The notes: generated from the letters alone by a model not told the origin. A stretch of DNA of 32,000 nt from Acaryochloris marina S15 (GCF_018336915.1 NZ_CP064926.1:60001-92000); one strand, 5' to 3'. Numbered from the stretch's first letter, positions 1-11,100 are shown. Translations and numbers: made by a program.

Positions 1-7
1 AGTAACT

Positions 8-856
8 TTGGGGGGAGTTGCAATTCAAACCCTGGTTCCTACTATTCCTGTTATTGCTGAACCGATAAAAAAATGTCCACCCGTTATCCGTTCACTGAAG
101 ACGAATCGGCTTTACTGTGCTCATGAGTTAAAGGTGCTTCAACGGAAGAGAATGGCGGAAAAAGATGCAGGTTTTCTCTGTCTCCTAGTCCGAGCGCTTA
201 TTCCCGCAAATGACTGGATTAAAACGAATCAATGCTTCCCAAAAACCAATTTTTCCAGTGAAACGGGGAAAAAGATTATTCCCAGGCCCAAGGGATCGAG
301 AACGGCATTCAAACTGTTGAAGCCATTGGGAAACATACAACTCACACCTCAACCGATCATCGCTTGGCAACCCGTTCCCCAGGCCCGATATCGCATCACG
401 GTCGAACATGGGGGTCGATGGCTATGGTCTCATACAACCAAAACCACAGAAATCCCCCTCCCTGCTTCTAAGCCGTTAAAGGAGGGTAACACCTATAAAA
501 TCAGTGTCGTTGCCTTCAGGGATAACCAACCGATTGCGGAGGATATCACCACGATTCGGTTAGTCAAATCTCAACAGATCCAAGGCATTGACAATCTGAT
601 TCAGCAAGCCCGCAACCTTGCTCCAGATCCTCTTAGTCGAGGATTAGACAAGGCGATGATGCTATACCATTTGGGGCTATTAGATGCTGCTGTTAAGGAG
701 TTACGCGCCCTCACCCAATATCAAGAGCCAGAGGTGTACTCCCAATTGGGCTTAATTCACCAGGAAGCGGGACATCAGGACATGGCTCAAGACTATTTTG
801 ACAAAGCCTCAGAACTCGCTAAGCGTCCATCTAAGCCCATCTCACAGTTGAACTAG
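8..856 (+). CDS. DUF928-like secreted protein with C-terminal TPR-like helices (frame open to window edge, possibly 5'-partial)
   Basis: Long ORF. The segment LKPLGNIQLTPQPIIAWQPVPQARYRITV...PLKEGNTYKISV follows the pattern I associate with cyanobacterial DUF928 proteins found next to CHAT/TPS genes. The C-terminus (LYHLGLLDAAVKELRAL...LGLIHQEAGHQDMAQDYFDKA) is TPR-like. There is no stop in this frame between base 2 and 8. The family call is from memory. Confidence 0.5.
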   Translation: MGGVAIQTLVPTIPVIAEPIKKCPPVIRSLKTNRLYCAHELKVLQRKRMAEKDAGFLCLLVRALIPANDWIKTNQCFPKTNFSSETGKKIIPRPKGSRTAFKLLKPLGNIQLTPQPIIAWQPVPQARYRITVEHGGRWLWSHTTKTTEIPLPASKPLKEGNTYKISVVAFRDNQPIAEDITTIRLVKSQQIQGIDNLIQQARNLAPDPLSRGLDKAMMLYHLGLLDAAVKELRALTQYQEPEVYSQLGLIHQEAGHQDMAQDYFDKASELAKRPSKPISQLN

Positions 857-3244
857 GACGTAATTAGCCCAATAGTAGGGATGGCCATAGTCTGATCTTA
901 AAAGCTTCAATTGAGCCTGTCTCAACCGTTCATGCATCGACCGGGTTTTGTTGATATCGGCGTAAAACGCTCGGGACAACAGTACAGACGCAGCAGCATC
1001 CGCTGACCACAGGGAGGCGACCGTATTTCTCGCCCCCGATTGAGCGGATAGACCCGCTAATCCCAACAATGATCTCGGATCCCCTGCGGCACTGTGGCAG
1101 GCGCTTAAAAACAGCAGATCCAGTCCTTCGCCATCCGCTTCTAGAACTCCACTAATCTCTTGGACAGTCAAGGGCCGGTCCCACGCTAACAGAAAGGTCT
1201 GAGTTGGATCTGAGCTAAATTGCCCGTGGGTACTTAAGTGAAGGATCTTGGCGGTGGGCCGTGCCACATTATCCAATAAGTTATCGTGGGTAAAATCTTG
1301 ATTGAGTAAAAGCTTCGCATCCGGGTATTGAGTCTGAATCGCATCGACTTCTTGGGCGACTTCTGGCAAGGGTTCCAATAAGGTTTCTTCTAAGCTGGGG
1401 CTTTGGGTAGAGACTCCCCCGATAACGACGCCAGGCTGATTGGATGAGTTGTAGGAGGTTTTCACATAACCATTCGACAGGGCGATGGGGTTGCGTTCAA
1501 TCAGATACCGTTCACCATCATGGAGAAACCCCATTGGAATATTTTGGAGCGGCCCATTCAGGTGAAATTTGATGGGGACATTTTCTGGTATCAGTTTTTG
1601 GGATAGGGCTGGGGCCAGAATAAGCTGGTGCAACGATTGGGCGAGGGGCAGGTATTGCTCTGGGGTGGTGTCAAAGAACCGTTTATCCTGAATCATCGTC
1701 GTTATTTCAGCGGTGATGCGCTGGAGCTGCTCGGGGTCCACGGAATAGTGACGATCTCCCACGATCACCGTCGTTTGGTCAGCTAGATCCAGGATTTGCA
1801 CGACCACTTCACCAATGGGGTTTTGGTCGGCTAGAGGAGCTAGATTGGTCTCCCCACATCGAAGGTAGTTTTGTAATTCAGCGAGTCTCAAGCGTTGATT
1901 GGTTTGAGCTACGAGCTTTAAATTGGGGTTTTCTGATTTGAGCAGTAGGCCCATATACTGTTGGTATACGGGTTCCACTTCGGCTTTAAAGGAGAACTGC
2001 AGATCCGATGACACGGGCAGCAGGTTCCAGCGCACTTGCTCCAGGGCGTTGATCGCGGACTGGTAGGATGCGATCGCATTGGTTATCTGCCCCGCTTGCT
2101 CATACTGCTGAGCGAGGGCACTGCGCCACTGATATAGGGCATCCCACGCTTGCTCGGACTGGGCAAATTGGGCAGCTAAGTTGAAGGACCGCATAGAGAG
2201 GTCACCTTGCCCACTCTGCTGATACAGATCGCCAAGCTGGCCATAGACAAAGGAGAGTGCCCGGTAGTGATCCAATTCTTCAGCGATCTGTTGGGCCGAT
2301 TGAGCCTGGTCAAAGGCCATCATTAAGGGATGTTTCCCGGCTCCCTTTGGCTGTTGGGCGAGAAGCTTGGAGAGTTTGAGATGGGTATAGATTCGCTCTA
2401 GGGGGGGGAGTTGGGTGAGGTCCGCTTGCTGGAGTGATGCCAGAATTTCAGCGTGTTTGGGTACCACCTGCTCCTGCAATTCCGAAATTTCAAAAATGCC
2501 GTCTCTATCCCGTTGTAGCCATCGGTCGATGTCCTGATAGAGGTCTAGCCAATTGAGCTGTGCTTTCAGTTGGTAGGGGGTATTGTGTAGTTCTTGGTAA
2601 CTCTCAAAGGATTGGCGGGCTTTGTCTCTAGCTGCTGTTACGTTTTTGGCTCGAACGATGGCTTCACCACTAATCTGAAATTTCTGAATCGCATCTTTCA
2701 CCATAAAGGATCTGGTGTTGGCGAGGTTGAGAGTCAAGGCTTGGCGCTGGGGGGTATCACCAAGGGTTTCCGCTTTTGCGATCGCAATTGTGAGGACTTG
2801 CTCTGAGATGTCTAATTTACCGAGCTGCTGGAGGATGGTGCCGAGATGCTGGAGGGCGATTAGATCCGTGGCATCATAGGAGCGGTTGGTAAGGGATACG
2901 GTGGAGCGCACTTCCGTTTGGCAATAGTCCGTGACTAAGGCCAGGGCTTTACTGACTTGGGTGCAGGCATTGAAATATTGGCCGAGTTGCTGGAAGGCCA
3001 GGGATTGGTTAATGAAGCTGCCTTTGATGCCATCTTGATGATTGGCTCGTTGATAGAGTTTAAGCGCTTTGGCCCAGGACTCGTAGGCACCACTAGGATT
3101 TCCCCGTTCAAGCTGTTGGTGACCCTGGACGGTGAGGGCATCGGCTTGATCCATTGGTGAGAGATCGGCAGCTCGGACACTGGGAATGACCAGCAGGGAT
3201 AATAGCAAGATTTTGGATAGATGTTTCAAGACTAAAACCTCCAA
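842..3244 (-). CDS. Secreted CHAT-domain (caspase-like) protease with N-terminal TPR-like region
   Basis: 800-codon ORF with a signal-like N-terminus (KHLSKILLLSLLVIPSVRA/ADL) and a long helical-repeat region. The C-terminal CHAT domain has the His in KILHLSTHGQF (codon 1226..1228) and the Cys in LLFLSACHSA (codon 1097..1099). There is no ATG at the 5' end; the start is TTG at 3244 (overlapping the tpsB stop) or TTG at 3229. Confidence 0.9.
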   Translation of the reverse strand: MEVLVLKHLSKILLLSLLVIPSVRAADLSPMDQADALTVQGHQQLERGNPSGAYESWAKALKLYQRANHQDGIKGSFINQSLAFQQLGQYFNACTQVSKALALVTDYCQTEVRSTVSLTNRSYDATDLIALQHLGTILQQLGKLDISEQVLTIAIAKAETLGDTPQRQALTLNLANTRSFMVKDAIQKFQISGEAIVRAKNVTAARDKARQSFESYQELHNTPYQLKAQLNWLDLYQDIDRWLQRDRDGIFEISELQEQVVPKHAEILASLQQADLTQLPPLERIYTHLKLSKLLAQQPKGAGKHPLMMAFDQAQSAQQIAEELDHYRALSFVYGQLGDLYQQSGQGDLSMRSFNLAAQFAQSEQAWDALYQWRSALAQQYEQAGQITNAIASYQSAINALEQVRWNLLPVSSDLQFSFKAEVEPVYQQYMGLLLKSENPNLKLVAQTNQRLRLAELQNYLRCGETNLAPLADQNPIGEVVVQILDLADQTTVIVGDRHYSVDPEQLQRITAEITTMIQDKRFFDTTPEQYLPLAQSLHQLILAPALSQKLIPENVPIKFHLNGPLQNIPMGFLHDGERYLIERNPIALSNGYVKTSYNSSNQPGVVIGGVSTQSPSLEETLLEPLPEVAQEVDAIQTQYPDAKLLLNQDFTHDNLLDNVARPTAKILHLSTHGQFSSDPTQTFLLAWDRPLTVQEISGVLEADGEGLDLLFLSACHSAAGDPRSLLGLAGLSAQSGARNTVASLWSADAAASVLLSRAFYADINKTRSMHERLRQAQLKLLRSDYGHPYYWANYVLVQL

Positions 3245-3967
3245 CTGACGGAAAGGTGCAGACCTTCTTCTTGTAAGGTGGGACGACGCTCTGAGCGATT
3301 GAGTAAGGGAATGCCATAGTCGATGCGGGCACTAAGGCTATCGCCTAAATCGTACCGTAGCCCCAGGCCCACGGATGCCAAGGTTTGGCTTTGGTCGGGG
3401 AGGAACCGATCCCCTTGGTTAAATGCATGTCCTATGTCGATAAATGGGACTATTTGCAGGGTGCCAGAATCCCCTGAAATCAGAGGTACACGTAATTCTG
3501 AGGACACAAAGAGGCCACTATCTCGCGTAACACCATCTTGCCGAAATCCTCGGATGGTGGAGACTCCCCCCAGGCTAAATTGTTCAGACGGAATAAGGGG
3601 ACCATCCGCGAATTGGACACCAGCACGATTGACCCAAGTGAATTTTGAGAATTGATGCACCCAGAGTGTTTGGCCTCTCCAGGCAAAAAAGGTGCCATCT
3701 CCAAAGAGATCTGCATTACGGGTGGCGATGGGTAGGCCAATATTGAATTGTGATCTGAGGATGATGCTGTCGTTTTGATCTCGATTGGCGAATTCCTGAA
3801 TGAACCTGAGAACGGTGGAATTAGTTTGACCCGTATTATCTGCACCTTCAGTGAGTGGGAACGGAGTAACAAAGATAGATTCATCACTCTCTAAACGGGA
3901 CAAGCTGACACCAAGGGCAAATTCCTGGATCTGTTGGCCGCTGATTTTCCTCATACCAATTTGCGTT

Positions 3968-5031
3968 TTAAATCGTAATTCTCATATGAGGAAAATTGGT
4001 CATAGAAGTCAGCCTATCGGGTAAATCCATGAGTTCTTTGAGTCCCTTGCACAAGGTATCGGATACCTCATCTAAAGAATCAAAAACCTGATTGTAGAAG
4101 TGCTTTTCTTTCACCTCCTCCCAGATATGCTCTACAGCATTGAGTTGTGGACTTCGAGGAGGCTGAACAATCAAGCGTATATTGTCTGGAATGACGAGCT
4201 TCTTTCCGGTGTGGTAAGACGCTCCATCGACCTGCATCACCACAAAATAGTCTGAAAATTCATCCGCCACTTGTGCTAGGAATAAGTTCATCATCTGAGT
4301 ATTGGAAAAGGGTAAGACTAAAGCACTCATCTTTCCTAACGCAGGAGCAACAGCAACATAGCCATAGAGATATTCACGGACAAGCTGCTGCCCACTTTCG
4401 GGTCGAATTCCAGGAGCACACCAAGCTCTTCTTACTTGCCCTAGACGACCAAAGCGCCCTTCGTCTGCTGCCATGATCACAATGGGACGTTGGTCTTCAG
4501 CTGAGCGATCTGCTACAGCGGTTTGGACCAGCCCCCGAAAGTTTTTTTAAAAGCCTCTCGTGCCGCTTTGTTTCCATTGGGATGGGACGGACGAGGCATG
4601 AGTTTGCGCCATCCGTGTCGGTCTAGCAAACGATAGATAGTACTGGGTGCCACTGACGTCTCCACTTTAGTCTCAAAGGCCGTTTGGATCTCTTGAACCG
4701 TTGTTAAATGACCTTGTTGAGCACGTTCAATAAACGATTCTAAAAATTCAATCTCTTCTTCGATACTCAGATAAGCACCGGGATTCTTCTTCCGTTTAGC
4801 CCTAGGAGCAATTGCTGCTGCTCCTAGGCGATTGTAAGCGGAAATCACCTGATGGACCGTTCGAAGACTAGTAGCAGTATGCGTGGCTATTTCGATAGCT
4901 GGGCGAGGATCTACCAGGGCGTTATAAATAATCATCCATTTTTGCTGACAGCGGGCAGTCGGAGCCGTAGCAATTTTGTCTTTCACCTCATCCACTGTTA
5001 GATGCGGTTTAACTGTACTAACTCGACTCAT
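3968..5031 (-). CDS. IS630-family transposase (two ORFs, 4513..5031 and 3968..4480, joined by a -1 shift at an A7 run)
   Basis: The N-terminal HTH part ends ...EAFKKTFGGWSKPL*. Shifting -1 at A7 gives ...EAFKKNFRGLVQTAVADRSAEDQRPIVIMAADEGRFGRL..., which runs into the DDE part (YLYGYVAVAP...MQVDGASYH...LIVQPPRSPQLNAVEHIW). Confidence 0.85.
4542..4548 (-). other. A7 slippery run: candidate programmed -1 frameshift or transcriptional slippage site of the IS630 transposase
   Basis: The minus strand reads GCT TTT AAA AAA ACT. Re-reading one A fuses the two transposase ORFs in frame. Confidence 0.6.
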
Positions 5032-6772
5032 ATACTTATGGAATGAACATAGGATTAGATCCTATCTAAATTACATCCCAAAACACAAATTGGTATCAGT
5101 ATGGGTTGGCGATAGGACAGTTCGTATTGAATGGCATTGGTATTCAGGTCAATTAGATCAAAGGGTTTTTCTGTAATGTCGTTATCCCCATAGGTAAAGC
5201 TCGCGCTAAGGGTGCCATTCTTGATATTGATGGGAACAGCATAGTTAGCACTAATCACATTGCTGCCGGTCGTGTTGCGGTAAGTGAGGCTGAAAATATC
5301 CCCCAGGCCCGTGACGTTGCGATAGGCAGCCGTTGCGCCTCTTTCAAATGTCCCTACGGAGGGTGAACGATTGTTATTAGCAAATACCTCTACGACTAAC
5401 GGTTTAGCGGGTTCCACGGCTAGAGCAAGAATGGCTTGGCCTGCATTTTGGCCGGGTCGAAGTTGGACATTAAGGCCCTTAATCAGCGGATCAATTTGCA
5501 GCCATCTCAAGGTTTCTTGGGTATCTTGCTCTCGCAACGGTCCCTCTGTGACGGGGCTGACCCTGGCTTTCACATATTTCTCAAGGCGCTTGGCCCCGGA
5601 AATTTCTATTTCTGATACTTTCCCTTCTATGATTTGGAAGGTGAGTTCTGCATCAGAGGGGTCGATCTCTGCTCCGGTATCAGCGACAATCGCGCCAGAG
5701 TTGAGATACCCCTCACTGACATAGAGCTGGGTAAGCGCCTCTTCTAACTGGAAAAGTTCTCCGATACTGATGGGTTTCCCGATGTATTCCGAGACAACTA
5801 TCTGTAACTGCTCATCCGTGAATAGAGTATTGCCTTGAAAGATAAAGCGGCTTGGGATCAGGATGACTGCAGAGTCCGCTTGGGGGTCAATACCTGATGG
5901 CAAACGAAAGGGGTTGATGTCAAGGGGAGTGACGGGTGGAGCTGAGGGAGTGGGAGTCTCTGGGGTCGGTTTGGGCAGAGGCAGAGTATCAGGCAGGATC
6001 GGAGTTTCTTGAGCGAGTAGCTGTGTAGAACCACAGCACAAGATACCCAAGCTAAGGAGGAAGGGAATGCGTTTATTCATACTTGTCGGACGAGGATGGT
6101 TATCCAGCTTTAGCTTGTTGATCTGTGTGACAAGCCTTTAATTGAGCGGCTATGGCTGGGGCATACTGATCCGCTGCTCGTGGATCAGTCACAAAGGTGA
6201 TAGTGCCGTTAGGATTCGATTTCCAGCCAACAACCCGTTTAAGAGGCTTGATTTCCCCCGTTGCAGGATCAACATATGTGAGTCGTCGCTGATCATACCT
6301 TGCTTTTGCCGCTTGGAGCCAACCGCCATCAGCAGGAGAGCGAGTGATGGGACTGGTGGGCTTACCTGCGGTTCCAACTCGATAATAGGCAAGGTTCGTG
6401 CTGTTAGAGTCTCCACAAGCTGAGTAGAGGTCGGGGGGATCTACCTGGACATTTAGATCTGGGTCTTGGCTAAAATCGGTAATTTCTGCCTCGACTTCGA
6501 CACTGCCATCAAATTGGGTACCGAGTTGAGAGGTGGCTGTGATTTGAGTATCAGGCGATAAGAAGATACCAAGGGCGTTGATATTGATGTTCCCTCCCTG
6601 AGCATCTTCTGCATTGGCACTGATAACAGTCTTACCTAGGGCAACTAATATGCCAGTGTTAACTGAAATATTCCCACCCGTACCGAGCTGTTGAGTTGAT
6701 GCAGTGATTGAGCTATCCCGAAGAAAGACAGAATTGGCATCAAGATTGATGTTCCCACCCTCACCCCCTAAC

Positions 6773-8102
6773 CAGGGGCAGCGCAAGAAAAATGAAGCTG
6801 TAATATGCTTTGGAACTCCATTCTGTTAAAAGGGTTTCCCCATGGCTACAGGATTCAGCAAGCCTCCTTCCTCACCAGCTTCCACTGACTCATCCTCGTC
6901 ACTCCTGCCTGCCAGTGATTGCGATCAGGCTTATCAACAATTGTCCGAGTGTTTTGAAGATTTGCCTGATCCACGTGGAGGCCAAGGTGTCCAGCATCCG
7001 TTTGTCAGCATCGTCGTGATTGGACTATTGGCAAGTTTAGGTGGCGCACAAGGGTGGGAAGACATTGAAACCTATGGTCTAAGCCATCAAGATTGGTTGT
7101 CGAGTTTTCTGAGGCTACCGTCCGGGATACCGACAGCAGACACCTATCGACGAGTGTTTGAGCGTATTTGCCCCTCCGCTTTTGAGCGGAGTTTCAATCA
7201 CTGGTTGGATCAGGTAGTGACAACCCTCGGCGCTCAAGTGATACCGATTGACGGCAAACAACTCAGAGGTTCCTATGATCGCAATCAAGACCAATCCGCA
7301 TTGCATCTGGTCAGTGCTTGGGCCAGTGAGTATCGGTTATTTCTAGGACAGGTCAAAGTTGCAGACAAGAGTAACGAAATTACCGCTATTCCAGCACTGC
7401 TAGAGCTATTAGACATTGCCGGGTGCATTATTACCATTGATGCAATGGGAACTCAGCACGAGATTGCCCGCCACATTCAAGCTAAAGAGGCTGACTATGT
7501 GCTGGCCCTCAAGGAGAATCATCCCACGCTGTTTGAGCAGGTTGAGCAATGGTTTGAAACGGCTGAAGCGAATGAGTTTAAGGGCATTGAGCACAGCTAT
7601 GATGCCCGGGTGGAAGCAGGGCACCATCGTCGCGAGAAACGACAAGTTTGGGCCGTGTCCCTTCAACAGATGGGTCCTCTCTACAAGCAGGCGCAGTGGA
7701 AGGGCTTGCAAACCATCGTCAAGGTCGCTCGGACCCGCCACTTGTGGAACAAAACCACCTATGAGGTGATGTTTTATATCAGCTCTCTACCGCCAAATGC
7801 TCAGCAGTTGGGCAAAGCCATCCGCCAGCATTGGTCGATTGAGAACCAACTCCACTGGGTCTTAGATGTGACCTTTGGCGAAGATGCTAGCCGCATTCGC
7901 ACAGGACATGCACCGGAAAACATGGCCATCCTGAGGCGCTGGAGCATCAACCTTCTCAATCAAGAAACGTCCTTTAAGAAAAGTACCCGTCAAAAACTAA
8001 AACGGGCGAGCATGGATGAAGCGTATATGCTCAAAGTTCTAGGCGCTTCTATTCCTTTACAGTCTAGCCTTTCAGAGGCTTGATTTTCTTGCGCTTACCC
8101 TG
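6773..8102 (+). mobile_element. ISAs1-family insertion sequence (1330 bp)
   Basis: Terminal inverted repeats: CAGGGGCAGCGCAAGAAAAATGAAGC (left) versus the reverse complement of the right end, CAGGGTAAGCGCAAGAAAATCAAGC. There is a perfect 10-bp direct duplication ACCCCCTAAC at 6763..6772 and 8103..8112. Confidence 0.85.
6842..8083 (+). CDS. ISAs1-family (H-repeat-associated type) transposase
   Basis: 413-aa ORF with motifs typical of this family: DPRGGQGVQHPF, ITIDAMGTQHEIA, DYVLALKENHPTL, HWSIENQLHWVLDVTFGEDASRIRTGHAPENMAILRR. Confidence 0.9.
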   Translation: MATGFSKPPSSPASTDSSSSLLPASDCDQAYQQLSECFEDLPDPRGGQGVQHPFVSIVVIGLLASLGGAQGWEDIETYGLSHQDWLSSFLRLPSGIPTADTYRRVFERICPSAFERSFNHWLDQVVTTLGAQVIPIDGKQLRGSYDRNQDQSALHLVSAWASEYRLFLGQVKVADKSNEITAIPALLELLDIAGCIITIDAMGTQHEIARHIQAKEADYVLALKENHPTLFEQVEQWFETAEANEFKGIEHSYDARVEAGHHRREKRQVWAVSLQQMGPLYKQAQWKGLQTIVKVARTRHLWNKTTYEVMFYISSLPPNAQQLGKAIRQHWSIENQLHWVLDVTFGEDASRIRTGHAPENMAILRRWSINLLNQETSFKKSTRQKLKRASMDEAYMLKVLGASIPLQSSLSEA

Positions 8103-11100
8103 ACCCCCTAACGTCGTAGCGCTAATCAAGCTATTTCCATCAACGATAATTTCACTTGCTGATATATTGAGTTCCCCAGCATCACCTGTTCCTTCATTAC
8201 GAACAGAAACACGTCCCTTATCTTTAATCAACAATTGAGGAGTATTGATAAATATCCTTCCAGAATTTCCGCTAGGAATGGCAGGTAAATTAAACAATGG
8301 CCGCAATATAGGATTGATTACTAAAGCTTCGGCGGTAATTGTAGTCTCAGGTAGAGAATCTGATCCCATACCATCAATCTGTACGTATTGCTTAGCATTA
8401 ATTATCAAGCTGCCGCCATTACCCGAACTTAAAACCGTGGTACTAACTGCCCCTCCGTTCGCAATCATTAGTTTTGATGTATCAATAGCTATATTCCCTG
8501 CATTGCCTAACCCTAAACTTGCAGCTTGTAGCAATGATCCTTGTCTCGTTATTAGTTCAAGTCCTAAAATCTCAATTAAATCTGCTTTAATTGAAAGGCT
8601 TCCGCCATTTCCTTTGTCAAGAGTAACGGAAGACAATCGTCCTCCATCACTGATAATCAGATTTGGGGTGATAATGTCAATATCCCCAGCCTTGCCAGAA
8701 CTAACCGTAATAGCATTGATCTGACTAACTAACCCAGGGTTAATGCTTGAACTTCTTTCAATATTTAGATTGTTGGCTGCCTTAATTGAAATATCACTTC
8801 CTGATCCTGAAGAAAAAGTCAGAGCATTTAGAGTGGCTCCAAATCTAAAGGAGATGGATGGAGAATGAAGGGATATAGGAGCACCTGATCCTGAAGAAAG
8901 TACTTCAGTATATAGTCCTGATGGTTTCTCACTAGTGAATGGGTCGTTGACGGGAGCGGGAGTATCAGCAAAATTTAGTAATTCCGTTGCTGCCAATTTT
9001 AGTTTTTTATCTGGAACTACGCCTTGATTTTGCATCAATGCTATAGATTTCTCTAAGAAATTAATTTGTCGTCCATAAATCCCAATTGATGCATTTCCTT
9101 GTCCAGTAGTATCCAATAAAGATCGGTTTTGGAAGACGATGTTCTTAAATGCAAGGTTAGGGTCATCGTAATTTAGGGTCCATCTTGGATTAGCAGCGCT
9201 GAAGGTTACAGTGCCTACCTTTACACTCCCAATTTCTAATTGACCACCTGGTGTGTAGACAGCGCCACCCTCAAATACTATATCCCCACCTACTAACGCT
9301 AAAGTCTTTCCTGGAGATACTTGTAAGCCTGGTGGATTATCGTCCCTTAAAGAAGGTAAAAATAACCCGTTGGGGATTTGGTGGCCTGTGTTTGTTACAC
9401 GAATTTCACCTGAGTTAGAACCAAAATCAACTCCTACAGGCTCTGCATTCGTAAGTCCAGGAAAAACTTGAGGTGCTATAGCGCTAAATTGTGTACCATC
9501 AGCAAAATTAATGCGATTGGCTGTAGTTCCCAAAAATGACCCGCCGATATCTAGTCGGGCATTTTCCCCAAAAACAATCCCATTAGGATTAATAAAAAAC
9601 AAGTTGGCCGAGCCATTAGCCTTAAGTATGCCGTCAATATTAGAAGCCGAATTACCTGTTACCCGACTGATAATATTCCTGATATTGGCACTATTATTAA
9701 AAAAAGCTGTATTACCTTTAGGAACAGAAAAGCTTTGGAAGCTATGAAATACGTTATCCCCTCTAGTTATGCCAGCATCAATCTGAGCAGTATTTTCTAA
9801 AGGTGTAACTCGTGAATTTACCGTTCGATCTGGGATGACTTGTGCGAGAGTTGATGTTGCCTCAAACAGGCTAACGGAAACTACAACAATCGCAGTTTTT
9901 CTATTGAGTAGGCTTAGCATACTAATCTTTAGAAATAAAGAGGCTATTCAAGTATCGTTGAACTCCCTATGAGTCCTAGCAATATATTTTTATTCTTCTC
10001 CGAGGGTTTCTACTGATGGATATTCACGACGATGAAGAATTTCATTAAAGTCATCCCATTGTTGTTGTGTCCATTGGTGACAATCCATCGTTGCACCTTG
10101 AACTTTTTCAGCAAAAGGCATTCGAATGTGTTCATATTGTTCAAATGCCTTCATCATTTTATGTCCATCATTCAAGCCATTCTCTTGAGAGAGCTTGGTT
10201 ATGAGGGAAACAAGAATAGCAGCATCCTCAAATCCTTGATTAGCACCCTGTGCCATGAATGGAGGCATTGCATGAGCAGCATCCCCAGATAGAACGACAC
10301 GTCCTTTAAACCAATGTGGTTGAGAGTCGCCTTGAGGATTTATCTGATGCATATAAAAAAGTCGGTGAGATACTTTTTCAGGACTAGATAACCCCACTAA
10401 GTCCACTAGTATCGATGGAAAATCAGCTTTCTGTAATGTTTGTTGGCCTAGCTCAAGAATCTCAGTTGGTGACTTATTTAAAAATGAGTCAATTGCAAAA
10501 GGGGCATAAAGCAAATAAATTATCGTATCATTTGGCAGGCGAATCAAAATAATCCGTAGTAGTTTTAGCTCTGGATAAGCAAGGTTGTCAGAATTATTAT
10601 GTAATGTGGTAAATTGCTCCCCTTGTATATACAGCGTGTCTAGTTCTTTGACTATTGAGCTAGGTACATTCGCTATTGTTGAACTAATCGCTGAAAAACC
10701 AGAGTACTGAGGCTCTACCCATTTCTTTGACTCGTCATTCTTGTAAAGAACTTGACGTATGTTTGAATTTATTCCATCTGCTGCGACCACCAGCTTGGCG
10801 TAAAAAGATTTATGGTCAGACTCTTGGGTATCTTGAGTCAATGTAGAGGGCTCTACACTTGATTTCATCATTTCCCAATGAGCAAAAGGATTATTTGAGA
10901 TTATTGCATCTGAGGCTGTATCGACTCGGACCCATTTTTTTTCTTCTTCTACATGAATACATTTATGGTTGGCTTTAATATCATCCATAGGTATCAAACT
11001 TCTTAAGTTTGTTTGTAAGTCAAACCAAGAGATATTTACTCGTCCTTCACCATAGCGATCAAACCAGCTTTGGAAGTCCGTGGAAAACGAGCGCGTCGTT

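Larger units (their letters stand above)
3956..5093 (-). mobile_element. IS630-family insertion sequence (1138 bp)
   Basis: Imperfect terminal inverted repeats: CCAATTTGCGTTTTAAATCGTAATT (3956..3980) versus the reverse complement of 5069..5093 (CCAATTTGTGTTTTGGGATGTAATT), 19/25 matching. The element is flanked by TA (3954..3955 and 5094..5095) and encodes a two-ORF DDE transposase. Confidence 0.85.
3232..6080 (-). pseudogene. TpsB-type outer-membrane transporter (ShlB/FhaC/HecB family), split by an IS630 insertion
   Basis: Two same-strand ORF pieces. Piece 5055..6080 has a signal peptide (MNKRIPFLLSLGILCCGSTQLLAQ) and a POTRA-like segment (IFQGNTLFTDEQLQIVVSEYIGKPISIGELFQLEEALTQLYVSEGY). Piece 3232..3954 is beta-barrel-like and ends ...LHLSVSWRF with a terminal Phe. 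The junction reads ...YELSYRQPIL / (M)RKISGQQIQEFALGVSLS. Confidence 0.85.
6100..9920 (-). pseudogene. TpsA exoprotein (filamentous-hemagglutinin N-terminal/TPS domain protein), split by an ISAs1 insertion
   Basis: The N-terminal piece 8064..9920 carries TPS-domain hallmarks (ITRGDNVFHSFQSFSVPKGNTAFFNN...ISRVTG...LFFINPNGIVFG) followed by beta-helix repeats (GNGGSLSIKA, GNGGSLIINA). The C-terminal piece 6100..6786 continues similar repeats (EGGNINLDAN, TGGNISVNTG, QGGNININA). Removing the IS plus one duplication restores ...SLISATTLGG/EGGNINLD... in frame. Confidence 0.85.
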
